NCBI RefSeq assembly: GCF_018350175.1
Contig: NC_058369.1
Coordinates: 19,966,001-20,030,000, forward strand
DNA length: 64,000 nt
DNA from: Felis catus
Lineage: Eukaryota
Reading direction: 5' to 3'
Shown: piece after piece, positions 1 through 13,335 of the stretch
Position numbering within the stretch: position 1 is the stretch's first letter
How the letters are laid out: the number at the start of each line of letters is the position of its first letter
The notes under the pieces: model-generated
The model's input: the letters and a program-made list of their open reading frames with translations, nothing else
The model's database searches: none
Told to the model about the DNA's origin: nothing
Made by a program: the position numbers and the translations under genes

Positions 1-710
1 GGGACCCCTATGATTCTGATGTTCCTTTTTAATGAGTCACTGATTTCTCTAATTCTTAAATCGTGCTCTTTTGCCTTAGTCTCCCTCTTTTTTTTCTACT
101 TCATTATTCTCCATAAGTTTGTCCTCTACATCGCTGATTCTCTGCTGTGCCTCATCCATCCTTGCCACCACGGCATCCATTAGAGATTGCAGCTCAGTTA
201 TAGTATTTTTTACTTCATCCTGACTAGCTTTTACTTCTTTTATCTCTGCAGAAAGGAATTCTAATCTATTTTCGACCCCAGCTAGTATTCTTATTATCGT
301 GATTCTAAATTCTGGTTCAGACATCTTGCTTGTATCTGTGTTGGTTAAGTCCCTGGCTGTTGTTTCTTCCTGCTCTTTCTTTTGGGGTGAATTCCTTTGT
401 TTCATCATTTTGAAGAAGAAAAAGAATGAATGAGGTTAAAAATAATTAAAATTAAAAAATTAAAATTAAACAATTAAAAACAACACACACACACACACAC
501 AAAGTCAAATAAAGGATGCTAGATCCTAGGTGTGTTTTGGTCTGGGTGTTGAAAGGGGCTTGATAGATTAGAGAAGAAAGGGGGGGGAAGGAAAACGTTT
601 GAAAAGTTGAAAAAATGAATACAATGAAATAAACTGAAATGGTGGAAGTAAAACAGAATTTGAAATTTTTCAATAAAGTAAAAAATATAGTAGGAAAAAT
701 TTAAGAAAAT
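1..710 (-). mobile_element. Older carnivore L1: 3' part of 5'UTR and start of ORF1 (runs off the window edge)
   Basis: ORF 76..408 MMKQRNSPQKKEQEE...MSEPEFRITIIRIL is the N-terminus of an L1 ORF1. Confidence 0.85.
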
Positions 711-768
711 TATTTTTATTGTTTTTTATTGTTCCCTTCATTTTTATTTCTCTCACATAAAAGGACAA

Positions 769-3700
769 TTTTTTCAATATGAAATTTATTGTCAAATTGA
801 TTTCCATACAACACCCAGTGCTCATCCCAACAGGTGCCATCCTCAATGCCCATCACCCACTTTCCCCTCCCTCCCACCCACCATCAACCCTCAGTTTGTT
901 CTCAGTTTTTAAGAGTGTCTTATGGTTTGCTTCATTCCCTCTGTGTAACTTTTTATTTACCCCTTCCCCTTCCCTCTGGTCTTCTGTTAAGTTTCTCGGG
1001 ACCTACATAAGAGTGAAAAAATAAGGTATCTGTCCTTCTCTGCATCACTTATTTCACTTAGCATCACACTCTCCAGTTCCATCCACGTTGCAACAAAAGG
1101 CCATATTTCATTCTTTCCCACTGCCGCATAGTATTCCATTGTGTACATAAACCACAATTTCTTTACCCATTCATCAGTTGATGGACATTTAGGCTCTTTC
1201 TGTAATTTGGCTGTTGTTGAAACTACTGCTATAAACATTGGGGTACAAGTGCCCCTATGCATCAGCACTCCTGTATCTCTTGGGTAAATTCCTAGAAGTG
1301 CTATTTCTGGGTCATAGGGTAGGTCTATTTTTAATTTTTTGAGGAACCTCCACACTGTTTTCCAGAGTGGCTGCACCAGTTTGCATTCCCACCAACAGTG
1401 CAAGAGGGTTCCCATTTCTCCACATCCTCGCCAGCCTCTATAGTCTCCCAATTTGTTCATTTTAGCCACTCTGACTGGTGTGAGGTGATATCTCAGTGTA
1501 GTTTTGATCTGTATTGCCCTGATGAGGAGCGATGTTGAGCATCTTTTTATGTGCCTGTTGGCCATATGGATGTCTTCTTTAGAGAAGTGTCTATTCATGT
1601 TTTCTGCCCATTTCTTCACTGGATTACTTGCTTTTCGGGTGTGGAGTTTGGTGAGCTCTTTGTAGATTTTGGATACTAGCCCTTTGTCCGATATGTCATT
1701 TGCAAATACCTTTTCCCATTGTGTTGGTTACCTTTTAGTTATGTTGATTGTTTCCTTTGCTGTGCAGAAGCTTTTGTCTTCATGAGGTCCTAATAGTTCA
1801 TTTTTGCTTTTAATTCCCTTGCCTTTTTGGATGTGACAAGTAAGAAATTGCTGTGGCTGAGGCAGAGTGGTCTTTTCCTGTTTTCTCCTCTAGGGTTTTG
1901 ATGGTTTCCTGTCTCACATTCAGGTCCTTCATCCATTTTGAGTTTATTTTTGTGAATGGTGTGAGAAAGTGGTCTAGTTTCAACCTTCTGCATGTTGCTG
2001 TCCAGTTCTCCCAGCACCATTTGTTAAAGAGACTGCCCTTTTTCCACTGGATATTCTTTCCTGCTTTGTCAAAGATTAGTTGGCCATACTTTTGTGAGTC
2101 CAATTCTGGAGTCTGTTTTCTATTCCATTGGTCTATGTGTCTGTTTTTGTGCCAATACCATGCTGTCTTGAGGATTACAGCTTTGTATAGAGGCTGATGT
2201 CTGGGATTGTGATGCCTACTGCTTTGGTCTTCTTCTTCAAAATTACTTTGGCTATTCGGGGCCTTTGGTGGTTCCATATGAATTTTAGGATTGCTTGTTC
2301 TAGCTTCGAGAAGAATGCTGGTGCAATTTTGATTGGGATTGCATTGAATGTGTAGATAGCTTTGGGTAGTATTGACATTTTAATAATATTTATTCTTCCA
2401 ACCCATGAGCACGGAATGGTTTTCCATTTCTTTATATCTTCTTCCATTTCTTTCATAAGCTTTCTATAGTTTCCAGTAGACAGATCTTTTACATCTTTAG
2501 TTAGATTTATTCCTAGGTATTTTATGCTTCTTGGTGTAATTGTGAATGGGATCAGTTTCTTTATTTGTCTTTCTGTTGCTTCATTATTAGTGTATAAGAA
2601 TGCAACTGATTTCTGTACACTGATTTTGTATCCTGCGACTTTGCTGAATTCATGTATCAGTTCTAGCAGACTTTTGGTGGAGTCTATCGGGATATTATCA
2701 TGTCATCTGCAAAAAGTGGAAGAAAGCTTGACTTCATCTTTGCCAATTTTGATGCCTTTGATTTCCTTTTATTGTCTGATTGCTGATGCTAGCACTTCCA
2801 ACACTATGTTAAACAACAGCGGTGAGAGTGGACATCCCTGCCATGTTCCTGATCTCAGGGGGAAAGCTCTCAGTTTTTCCCCATTGAGGATGATATTAGC
2901 TGTGGGCTTTTCATAAATGGCTTTTATGATGTTTAAGTATGTTCCTTCTATCCCGACTTTCTCGAGGGTTTTTATTAAGAAAGGATGCTGAATATTGTCA
3001 AATGCTTTTTCTGCATCGATTGCCAGGATCATACGGTTCTTATCTTTTATTAATGTGATGTATCACGTTGATTGATTTGCGAATGTTGAACCAGCCTTGC
3101 ATCCCAGGAATGAATCCCACTTGATCATGGTGAGTAATTCTTTTTATAAGCTGTTGAATTCGATTTGCTAGTATCTTATTGAGAGTTTTTGCATCCATAT
3201 TCATCAGAGATATTGGCCTGCAGTTCTCTTTTTTTACTGGGTCTCTGTCTGGTTTAGGAATCAAAGTAATACTGGCTTCATAGAATGAGTCTGGAAGTTT
3301 TCCTTCCGTTTATATTTTTTGGAATAGCTTGAGAAGGATAGGTATTATCTCTGCTTTAAATGTCTGGTAGAATTCCCCAGGGAAGCCATCTGGTCCTGGA
3401 CTCTTACTTTTGGGGAGATTTTTTTTTAATATATGAAATTTATTGTCAAATTGGTTTCCATACAACACCCAGTGCTCATCCCAAAAGGTGCCCTCCTCAA
3501 TACCCATCACCCACCCTCCCCTCCCTCCCACCTTGGGGAGATTTTTGATAACTGATTCAATACCTTCACTGGTTATTGTTCTGTTCAAGCTTTCTATTTC
3601 CTCCTGTTTGAGTTTTGGAAGTGTGTGGGTGTTTAGGAATTTGTCCATTTCTTCCAGATTGTCCAGTTGTAGGCATATAATTTTTTATAGTGTTCCCTGA

Positions 3701-6700
3701 TAATTGCCTGTATTTCTGAGGGATTGTTTGTAATAATTCCATTTTCATTCATGATTTTATCTATTTGGGTCGTCTCCCTTTTCTCTTTGAGAAGCCTGGC
3801 TAGAGGTTTATCAGGTTTTTTTTTTATTTTTCAAAAAACCAACTCTTGATTTCATTGATCTGCTCTACAGTTTTTTTAGATTCTATATTGTTTCTTTATG
3901 CTCTGACCTTTATTATTTCTCTTCTTCTGCTGGGTTTGGGGTGTCTTTGCTTTTCTGCTTCTATTTCCTTTAGGTGTGCTGTTAGATTTTGTATTTGGGA
4001 TTTTTCTTGTTTCTTGACATAGGCCTGGATTGCAATGTATTTTCCTCTCAGGACTGCCTTTGCTGCATCCCAAAGCATTTGGATTGTTGTATTTTCATTT
4101 TCATTTGTTTCCATATATTTTTAAATTTCTTCTCTATTTGCCTGGTTGACCCATTCATTCTTTATTAGGGTGTTCTTTAACCTCCATGCTTTTGGAGGTT
4201 TTCCAGACTTTTTCCTGTGGTTGATTTCAAGCTTCATCACATTGTGGTCCGAAAGTATGCATGGTATGATCTCAATTCTTGTATACTTATGAAGGGCTGT
4301 TTTGTGACCCAGTATGTGCTCTATCTTGGAGAATGTTGCATGTGCACTGGAGAAGAAAGTATATTCTGTTGCTTTGGGATGCAGAGATCTAAATATATCT
4401 GTCAAGTCCATCTGATCCAATGTGTCATTGTTTATTTGTTTCTTTATTGACCATGTGTCTAGATGATCTATCCATTGTTGTAAGTGGGGTATTAAAGTCC
4501 CCTGTAATTACCACCTTCTTATCAATAAGGTTGCTTATGTTTGTAATTGTTTTATATATTTGGGGGCTCCCGTATTTGGCGCATAGACATTTATAATTGT
4601 TAGTTCTTCTTGATGGATAGACCCTGTAATTATTATATAATGCCCTTTTTCATCTCTTGTTACAACCTTTAATTTAAAGTCTAGTTTGTGTGATATAAGT
4701 ATGGCTACTCCAGCTTTCTTTTGGCTTCCAGTAGCATGATAAATAGTTCTCCATCCCCTCACTTTCAATCTGAAAGTGTCTTCAGGTCTAAAATGAGCCT
4801 CTTGTAGACAGCATTAGATGGATCTTGTTTTTTTATCCATTCTGATACCCTATGTCTTTTGGTTGTCGCATTTAGTCCATTTACATTCAGTGTTATTATA
4901 GAAAAATATGGGTTTAGAGTCATTGTGATGTCTGTAGGTTTCATGCTTGTAGCGATGTCTCTGGTACTTTCTCACAGGATCCCCCTTAGGATTTCTTGTA
5001 GGGCTGGTTTAGTGGTGATGAATTCCTTCAGTTTTTGTTTGTTTTGGAAGACCTTTGTCTCTCCTTCTATTCTAAATGACAGATTTTCTGGATAGAGGAT
5101 TCTTGGCTGCATATTTTTTCTGTTCATCACATTGAATTTTTCCTGCCATTCCTTTCTGGCCTGCCAAGTTTCAGTAGAGAGATCCGTCACGAGTCTTATC
5201 AGTCTCCCTTTATATGTTAGAGCACGTTTATCCCTGGCTGCTTTCAGAATTTTCTCTTTATCCTTGTATTTTGCCAGTTTGACTATGATATGTCATGCAG
5301 AAGATTGATTCAAGTTACGTCTGAAGGGAGTTCTCTGTGCCTCTTGGATTTCAGTGCCTTTTTCCTTCCCCAGATTAGGGAGGTTCTTAGCTATTATTTC
5401 TTCAAGTGCACCTTCATCACCTTTCCCTCTCTCTTCCTCCTCTGGAATACCAATTATGCGTAGATTATTTCTCTTTAGTGCATCACTTAGTTCTCTAATT
5501 TTCCCCTCATACTCCTGGATTTTTTTATCTCTCTTTTTCTCAGCTTCTTCGTTTTCCATAATTTTATCTTCTAGTTCACCTATCCTCTCCTCTGCTTCTT
5601 CAATCTGAGCTGTGGTCGTCTCCATTTTATTTTGCAGCTCATTAATAGCATTTTTTAGCTCCTCCTGGCTGTTCCTTAATCCCTTGATCTCCGTAGCAGT
5701 AGATTCTCTGCTGTCCTTTTTACTGTTTTCAAGCCCAGCGATTAATTTTATGACTATTATTCTAAATTCACTTTCTGTTATATTGTTTAAATCGTTTTTG
5801 ATCAATTCGTTAGCTGTTGTTATTTCCTGGAGGTTTTTTTGAGGGGAATTCTTCCGCTTTGTCATTTTGGATAGTCCCTGGAGTGGTGCGGAACTGCAGG
5901 GCACTTCCCCTGTGCTGTCTTGAATAACTTGCATTGGTCGGGGCCGCAGTCAGACCTGATGTCTGCCCCCAGCCCACCCTGGGTCTACAGTCAGACTGGT
6001 GTGCACCTTCTCTTCCCCTCTCCTAGGGGCGGGATTCACTGTGGGGTGGCGTGGCCCGTCTGGCTACTTGCACACTGCCGGGCTTGTGGTGCTGGGGATC
6101 TGGCGTATTAGCTGGGGTGGATCGGCAAGGTGCACACAGTCGGGAGGGCCAGGCTCAGCTCACTTTTCCTTCGGAGATCTTCATGAGGGGCCCTGCGGCA
6201 CCGGAATTGAGTCAGACCCGCCGGAGGGATGGATCTGCAGAAGCACAGCGTTGGGGTATGCGCGGTGCCAGCAAGTTCCCTGATGGGAACTGGTTCCCTT
6301 TCGGATTTTGGCTGGGGGCTGGGCGAGGGAGATGGCGCTGGCAAGCGCCTTCGTTCCCCGCCAGGCTGAGCTCCGCCGACTGGGGCTCAACAACTCTCCC
6401 TCCTGTTCTCCTCCAGCCCTCCTGCTCTCCGAGCAGAGCTGTTAACTTATAACCTTCCAGATGTTAAGTCCCGCTTGCTGTCAGAACACACTCCGTCCGG
6501 CCCCTCCGCTTTTGCAAGCCAGACTCGGGGGCTCTGCTTTGCCGGCGGGCTGCCCCTCCGCCCTGGCTCCCTCCCACCAGTCTGTGTAGTACGCATCGCC
6601 TCTCCGCCTTTCCTACCCTCTTCCGTGGGCCTCCCGTCTACGCTTGGCTCCAGAAAATCCATTCTGCTAGTCTTCTGGTGGTTTTCTGGGTTATTTAGGC

Positions 6701-6771
6701 AGGTGTGGGTGGAATCTAAGTGATCCACAGGATGCGGTGAGCCCAGCGTCCTCCTACGCTGCCGTCTTCCC
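769..6771 (-). mobile_element. Full-length young felid L1 with disrupted ORF1 and ORF2
   Basis: GC-rich 5'UTR beginning GGGAAGACGGC at 6771; ORF1 ATG at 5865 with premature TGA at 5293; fragmented EN/RT/C-terminal ORF2 pieces in the ORF track; 3'UTR with AATAAA and short A tail near 770. Confidence 0.95.
3424..3532 (-). mobile_element. Short 5'-truncated L1 3' end nested in ORF2 of the full-length L1
   Basis: L1 3'UTR sequence with T-run, flanked by TSD TTGGGGAGATTTTT (3410-3423, 3533-3546). Confidence 0.93.
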
Positions 6772-8108
6772 AACAGAAATTTTAAGAAATTAAAAAAAAT
6801 TTTTGTTGTTTCTGTGTCCAAGAAAGAAGAAAGAAAAAACAATGTAAGTAAAAACAGAAGCAAAGAAAATGAACAAGCAAACAGAATGAAATCCAAATGA
6901 AGCTGCATCCTGTTCCCTTAGAACTTATACTTTGGAGCACACTTTAGTCCGTAGACTAAGCAGGTGGAAGGGATTTGTGCTGGTCTTCTGGGGGCTGTGT
7001 CTGGAGGGCACAGGAGCATGGAGCTTGGTGTAGTGGCTCTGTTCGCCACTTGGTGGTGCTTCTTAGCTCGCTGTGGTCTATCCATGAGGTAAAAGTGGCT
7101 TCACCCAGCTCTCTAGTCTCTGGCTTGGAAATTTTGTGCCCTCACAGACACACTATCAAGCACCCCTCCTTTATCTCAGGCTTCCGTCAGGTCCCCACCT
7201 TTACCCTGTCTGTGTCCAAGCTGTCTGGCTGCCAGGTGTTACTTCGCTCTAGATTTTTATCTCAGATGGGGCTGTGTTTCAAAACCCAACACTTCAGAGA
7301 CCCCTGCGGCTTTGGACCCGTGCTGCTTCTCTGGAGGAGGGTTTTACCCAGCAATGGCAAGTCCTGGCTTGTCCCTGAAAATGTTGTGCAGCAGCAGAGG
7401 CTCAGAGTTTATGGTAAATCAGAACACACAACTGGCACCAAGTTTTGCTGTATTCTGGTGTCTTTGTTCCAATATCGGTAAATGTGGCAGCTCTCCATGG
7501 TCTGCCAGGACTTTTGCCTGTGGAGAAACCATATGGCCTCTACCAAATGCACTCCAAGCTGGGGAACTGCTTCTCCCTGTGTGGTACACAGACCCCTCAG
7601 ACCACACTGACTAATCATGGGAGTTTGCTCTACTTCTTCACCAGAGTACTACCAGGCACTGAACTCTGGACCTTTAGATTCTTTGCTCCACTGTTTATAG
7701 AATCCTGGCGATGTTAAAACCCTCTCCTTTCTCTTTGTCAATGGTTTTGGGGAACAGATTTCTTGTCTAGTCCCCTGTGTTTTCACTCCTTCTCTCCAGC
7801 TTCTTTTGGGGGTAGTGCTTTTCTTGTGTGATCCAACGTGCTGCACTCTCTCCCTTTCTCTTTCTCTGTCCTCTCCACAAAAAAGGTTCCCTACCCTCCA
7901 TGGCTCCATGGCTTTTCTCTCCTTCAGTTTACCTCTCTGCACTATGTATCTGCCAAGTTCTCTGGCTCAAATTATGTAGATTGTTGCTTTAATCCTCAGA
8001 TCGATTTCCTAGGTGTTCAAAATGGTTTTATGCTAATATAGCTGCATTTCAGTGGCAAGACAAGCTCAGGGTCTCCATACTACTCTGCCATCTTAACTCT
8101 CCCCGCCC
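6772..8108 (-). mobile_element. 5'UTR of the older L1 interrupted by the 769-6771 element
   Basis: minus-strand start GGGCGGGGAGAGTTAAGATGGCAGAGTAG (L1-type AAGATGGC start); same orientation as the 1-710 fragment. Confidence 0.7.
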
Positions 8109-8599
8109 TTTAAAAAAATTCTCCTGCATTTATTTTAGCTTTGACAGGAACTAGGGATAATTATGCAGGAAAGCTAAAACTTACCACCAACCTAATTGTA
8201 CTGTTATTTTAATCTACTGAGGAGCAGGAGTCTCAGTAGAAAAGCATCGTTCAGCCAAAGTGAGACATTCAACTGTCCTGTGGTGTCAAGTGATCCTAGG
8301 TAAATTTTGTACTCTGTGGCCAGTCACTCAAGATTGCTTACCTTGAATGGTGTATGTTTTCTGCCAGCAAACCCAAGAGTGCAGTGTGGTGTCAGAGCAG
8401 TGCTAGTGGAGCAGCCTCTAGTGCTAGGAGCTCCGGTCACAGAGCTCGTTGGGTTGGCCTAGAGAAAGAAATTAGCATCACATTGATTGTAATAATAGTT
8501 CTGCTTTCTCATGATGTGACCCGTTTCATTCTTAATGCAGAGTTAGCATTCCTGGCTTCATATAATTAGAAACAACTGATTTTGTAGTTGGAGAAAATA

Positions 8600-9160
8600 C
8601 TGTACAGTTTTTCCAATTATCTGCATAAAAAACTACTCCAAGTCTTAGTGGCTTAAAGCAACTATTTATTATATTTCATTCTTCTCTGGATAGAGTGAAC
8701 TCAGTTGGGTGGTTTTCACAGAGGGTTTCTCATGTTGCAGTCAGATTTTGGTAGGGGCTGTAACCTCCTGAAAGTTCTCCTGGGCTAGGGATAGCAACTA
8801 AGTTGGCTCACTCACACAGTGGGACTGCTTAATGGAGTGTCTCCTTGTGGCCTTTCCATGCAGCTTGGGCTTTTAACAGCATGACAACTGGATTCTAAGA
8901 GGGAACCTTCCAGAAGAAGCATATATTCCAAGAGACAGGAAGCTGAAGCTGCTGGACAAGTTAAGGGCAGCTTCTAGAACTAGCTTTAGCTTCCTGCTGT
9001 TGTGTTCAGTTGATCAGAGCAGTCTCAGGGCCTTCCTAGATTCAAAGGTGTGAAGAAACAGACTCTATCTCATACTGGACGCATGTGAAGGTCACATTTT
9101 TGCAGAATAGTACTTGGGATGGGAGTATTGTAGTCATCTTTGGACAGTATGGTCTGTTAG
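8600..9160. mobile_element. MaLR (MLT1-like) solo LTR
   Basis: ctgcataa...cttagtggcttaaagcaac motif and catctttgga end typical of MLT1 LTRs. Confidence 0.65.
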
Positions 9161-9225
9161 AAACTCTTAATAAATGACTGTTTAATGCCTTAAAGGAGTA
9201 TATTAGTATATTTTTGCATTGATAT

Positions 9226-9346
9226 TGTATGTATATGTGTGCATGTATGTGTTGCATAAACACTGTGTGTATGTGTGTATATGTGTGTGCGTAAATATAC
9301 ATGCATACACATACATATATGTGATACATACATACTTACATACATG
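9226..9346. repeat. Alternating purine/pyrimidine (TG/TA/CA) low-complexity tract
   Basis: tgtatgtatatgtgtg...catacacatacatatatg seen directly. Confidence 0.8.
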
Positions 9347-9519
9347 ATATTTCAGCATCAATATACATTATTACCCTTGGCTTAAAAAACACACACAACC
9401 ACACTTTTAATTAGTGTTCACAAAACTCAAAATCATCTGACAGTCGAACTCTCTACCTCTTGTCAAGGTTGTGTTACCACTCTCTGTGGAACTTTTACAA
9501 CTTCTTCCCTATTCTGAAA

Positions 9520-11290
9520 TCTCTAACACTCCCTCCCACCCTAGTCACTCTCGGCTGATGACCTTGCTTCTTTTTTTCCTTGAGAATAAAGCACCTGGAG
9601 GAAAAATTTAGTTTTCCTGTCACCAAATCTCCCAAATGCCTTTGTCATTAACCGTATTCTATGCTTTTCCTCTGTGACAATATATGGAATATCTAGCCTA
9701 AGCAGAGCTTCCCTTCTTGGGGACCCATCTCTTCTTGGCTACTCAAAGACTTAGTATCTGCATCATCAAATTTTTTTCTTTTTACTGTATCGTTCCCTTC
9801 AGCATACAAGTATCCTGAAATTTTGTTTCATTGAAAAAAAACCCTCCCCTGATTGCACAGCATTATTATACTATCTTATTTCTCTGCTTCCAATTACTGA
9901 AAATTCTACAAGAGTTGTCTGTGTTCTGTTCCCATTTTTCTTCTCTCCCATTACTCTTAAATTCACTCCAACAATTTCATCAAAACTGCCCTTATAGGAA
10001 TCAGTGATGGCCACCACAAACCCAAATGCAGTGGCTAACTCTCAGTCTGTATTTTATTTAACCTCTCAGTCAGTGCATTTGACAAAGTCCTCATTAAAAC
10101 CCTGTATTCAGTACACTCCTGCTTTTCCTCTCATTTCACTCCTTTCTCCTTCTTTGTTTCCTGTGCTAGATACTCCTCTAGATGACCTCTAAATACTAGA
10201 ATTCAATGTCAAACCTAGCATGTTAAAATTGAACATTGTTTCCCTCCTCCAGTCATGCTTCCCAGGTCAAGAAAAAGAGAAATCCTTGACTCCACTCATA
10301 TCCCACATCTGATATATCCACAGATCCTGACAGCTTTAACCTACAAAACATGTCAAAACCCCAAGCCCTAAAAGTTTTACATTATGCTTCTTACCTTTGT
10401 CTAGTCAACTGTAATCCTGTGGATTGTTGTAATAAATAGCCTGCTGACTGGAACCCCTGCCTTCCTTTTTGGCTTTTCGTGGTTTATTCTCAGCAGCACT
10501 CAGAGTGATGCTTTCAAGCCTTAATCCTATCACATCATTCTTCTCCCTATCTTCAGTGGCATTCCATCTTGCTTGGAATAAAAGCCAAACCCTTTAACAT
10601 GGCTTACCAAAGCCCTGCCTGATCTGGTCTCTGGTACTTCTCTGACTGCATCATCACCACTCTCCCCCCTTGTTCACTTTGCTGAAGGTACACTGACCTC
10701 TCTGTTCTCTCTGAACATGCCAAGTCCACTTCCACATCAAGGCATTTGTTCTTGCTGTTTTTTATGCCTCTAAAACTTCCCCAGTTTTGTTTTCAATTTG
10801 TTTTAAATTTGAACTTCCTCAGTTTTCCCAAATGCTGTCACCTTGTTTCATTCAGGTTTCTAGTTAAAGTTCAGCTCCCAAAGAAGCCCAGCCTACCTGA
10901 AGTATTACCTTCCCCTGCTCCCCAGCCAACCCACCCTTTGCCACCCACTATTTCTACTCTGCTATAATTTTATTTTTAGAACTTATCACTACCATTATTT
11001 ATTTGTCTGCAGTCTGTCTCTGCTCTCTAGAATGAAGCCACGAGAGTAGGGACTTTTTTTTTTTAATATGAAATTTATTGTCAGATTGGTTACCATACAA
11101 CACCCAGTGCTCATCACAACAGGTGCCCTCCTCAATGCCCATCACCCACTTTCCCCTCCCTTCCACCCCCCATCAACCCTCAGTTTATTCTCAGTTTTTA
11201 AGAGTAGGGTGGGGACTTTTGATCACAACATAGTGATAGCATTCATCAGGTGCTTCATAAGCGTTTGTAATCAAGTGATTGAATAAATGC
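9520..11290 (+). mobile_element. Degenerate L2 LINE 3' region
   Basis: actctcggctgatgaccttgc motif, pyrimidine-rich body, tgaataaatg tail. Confidence 0.7.
11054..11205 (-). mobile_element. Short young L1 3' fragment inserted in the L2
   Basis: T-run + aatatgaaatttattgtc L1 end; imperfect TSD agagtaggg...gactttt. Confidence 0.9.
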
Positions 11291-11652
11291 TTGTGTGTAT
11301 GTATGCAGTGGATTATTGGGTATGGTTTGATGGGAAAATAATCTAATTTTCTATTTTAAACTTTGGTGGCCCTATTTTATCAAAAATAAATGAATATGCT
11401 GGAAGGAGACACCACATTGCCTTTTTTGCTTACCTTAAGATCTCAATATTCTAAATGATATAATATTCTTAGGCCTTTTTATATGAACTGACAAGGATTT
11501 TTAAGTTCATTCTGCCAGCATTGTGTACCATCAAGGTACTTAACTTTTCTTTGTATAAACATTGAGTGAAAAAGGATCTCATGCTATTAGCAATGATGTA
11601 GTTAGAGTGCATGATTCCTAAGGTCTTCTATTTAAAAATACTTTGCCTGTGA

Positions 11653-11860
11653 GGGGCGCCTGAGTGGCTCAGTCAGTTAAGCATCTGACTTCAGCTCAGG
11701 TCATGATCTCGTGGTTCATGAGTTCAACCCCCACACTGAGCTCTGTGCTGACAGCTCAGAGCCTGGAGCCTGCTTCAGATTCTGTGTCTCCCTCTCTCAC
11801 TGCCCCTCCCCTGCTTGCACTGAGTCCCTCTCTCAAAAATAAATAAACATTAAAAAAATA
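11653..11860 (+). mobile_element. CanSINE (tRNA-derived SINE)
   Basis: ggggcgcctgagtggctcagtc head, CT tract, AATAAA/A tail, degenerate TSD ending ctgtgag. Confidence 0.93.
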
Positions 11861-12982
11861 GTTTCTCTGTGAGATGGATTTTAAAAGTCTAATGCTCCAT
11901 TAGATGAATTCTAAGTAGCATGAGGTCTTGAACATTTTAATCATAAGATCATTGCCATGAATATTAGCTGATTCTGCTGGTTTGCCATTTACTTTATTAT
12001 TAATTTTATTTATAGTTAACTTTAATCAAGCTTATTTTGGCAAGTGTCTTTTTAGAGGAAATTCTAGATAGAGGCTTTCCTAACCCTATGGTACAGGTTG
12101 ATCTGACTTTAAAAAGCATTCTTTATAGAAAAGTTACATTCCAAGAGTTTTAATTATCATATAGAATCATGCTTCTCTATAACCGAAAGAGAAACCTAAA
12201 AATTTCCAAACCAGGATTGCACTTGTGAGCAAATAAGACTTTAGTTTTTAAATCTATATTCTTAAGTAAATCTTTTTCATCAAGTATCTACTGTCATGGC
12301 ATTTACACTTTTTATCTGTTAAAAGCCCTATCATGTCCATAATTAAATTCATTAAGATGTTTCCATTTAACTCTTAAAAAGGTGACATTTTTTATTAAAC
12401 TGAAAAGAGTTCATATCTTTGACACTAGGGATGCATATTGTTTACAAAAGCTAATTAAAACTAGATGAGGCCTGGAAACCTGGAGTGAATATTGCTCCAG
12501 AGATTGTGGCTTTTTATTGGAACCTTAGTTCCTTCAAAGTAGGGCAAGTGATTCTCTCTTCCCTTCCCCAACTTGAGGAAACCCTGTTTCTCCTCGTAGA
12601 GAAACCAGAGATGTTACATACATAGTAATTTCTGACAGGGAAATCAGCTGTAGACTCCTATGAGTCTAACTTTGTGTTCTGATTAAGTTTAGTAACTCTG
12701 ATTTACTGGAAAATGAATTGTCCAGAATGGAGTAGAGATAAATGGTATTTTGCATGATCCAGATGAATTGTATTACTTGTTAGATGTTATCTATATAGAG
12801 ATGTTTAGACAGTAGAAACTAAGTACTTTGTTTTAAGATTCTTAAATATGCTCCTCTTTACATTGCCTTTTTTAGAGATTCAGAGAAATGAACACTTCAT
12901 AGTTTAACTATTTCTCTTTCTTTTTTCATTATTTTTCTCTATCCCTTTTTCATGTCACCCAAAACCAAAAATGCCCTTTCAG

Positions 12983-13131
12983 AAACACAAAGTAGATCTT
13001 TTCTACAAGCTACGCCATGTGATGAACGAACTTATTGACCTTCGAAGGCAGCTACTGTCTGGTCACCTCACTCAGGATCAGGTGCGGGAGGTTAAGCGGC
13101 ATATCACCGTGCGCCTGGACTGGGGTAATGA
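12983..13131 (+). CDS. DOCK3: DOCK3 internal coding exon (~exon 6), 149 nt, phase 0->2
   Basis: ccctttcAG acceptor at 12981-82, GTAAGT donor at 13132; translates KHKVDLFYKLRHVMNELIDLRRQLLSGHLTQDQVREVKRHITVRLDWGN(E), recognised as DOCK3; frame continues into the next exon. Confidence 0.96.
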
Positions 13132-13335
13132 GTAAGTATGAATATCATTTGGGCATTTCAGTTACTTTATGTTAGCTCAGTTCTTACAGAGTTTGAACCT
13201 GATCAAAACTCTCTTTAGTGATGAAAAGACATTATTATATTCCGCACTAAGCTTTGATCATTTTAAAGATGAGTAGTTGTTTCTTTTGGTTTAGCAAAGG
13301 GCACTTACTGGCTCTACACACTGAAACTCACACAG

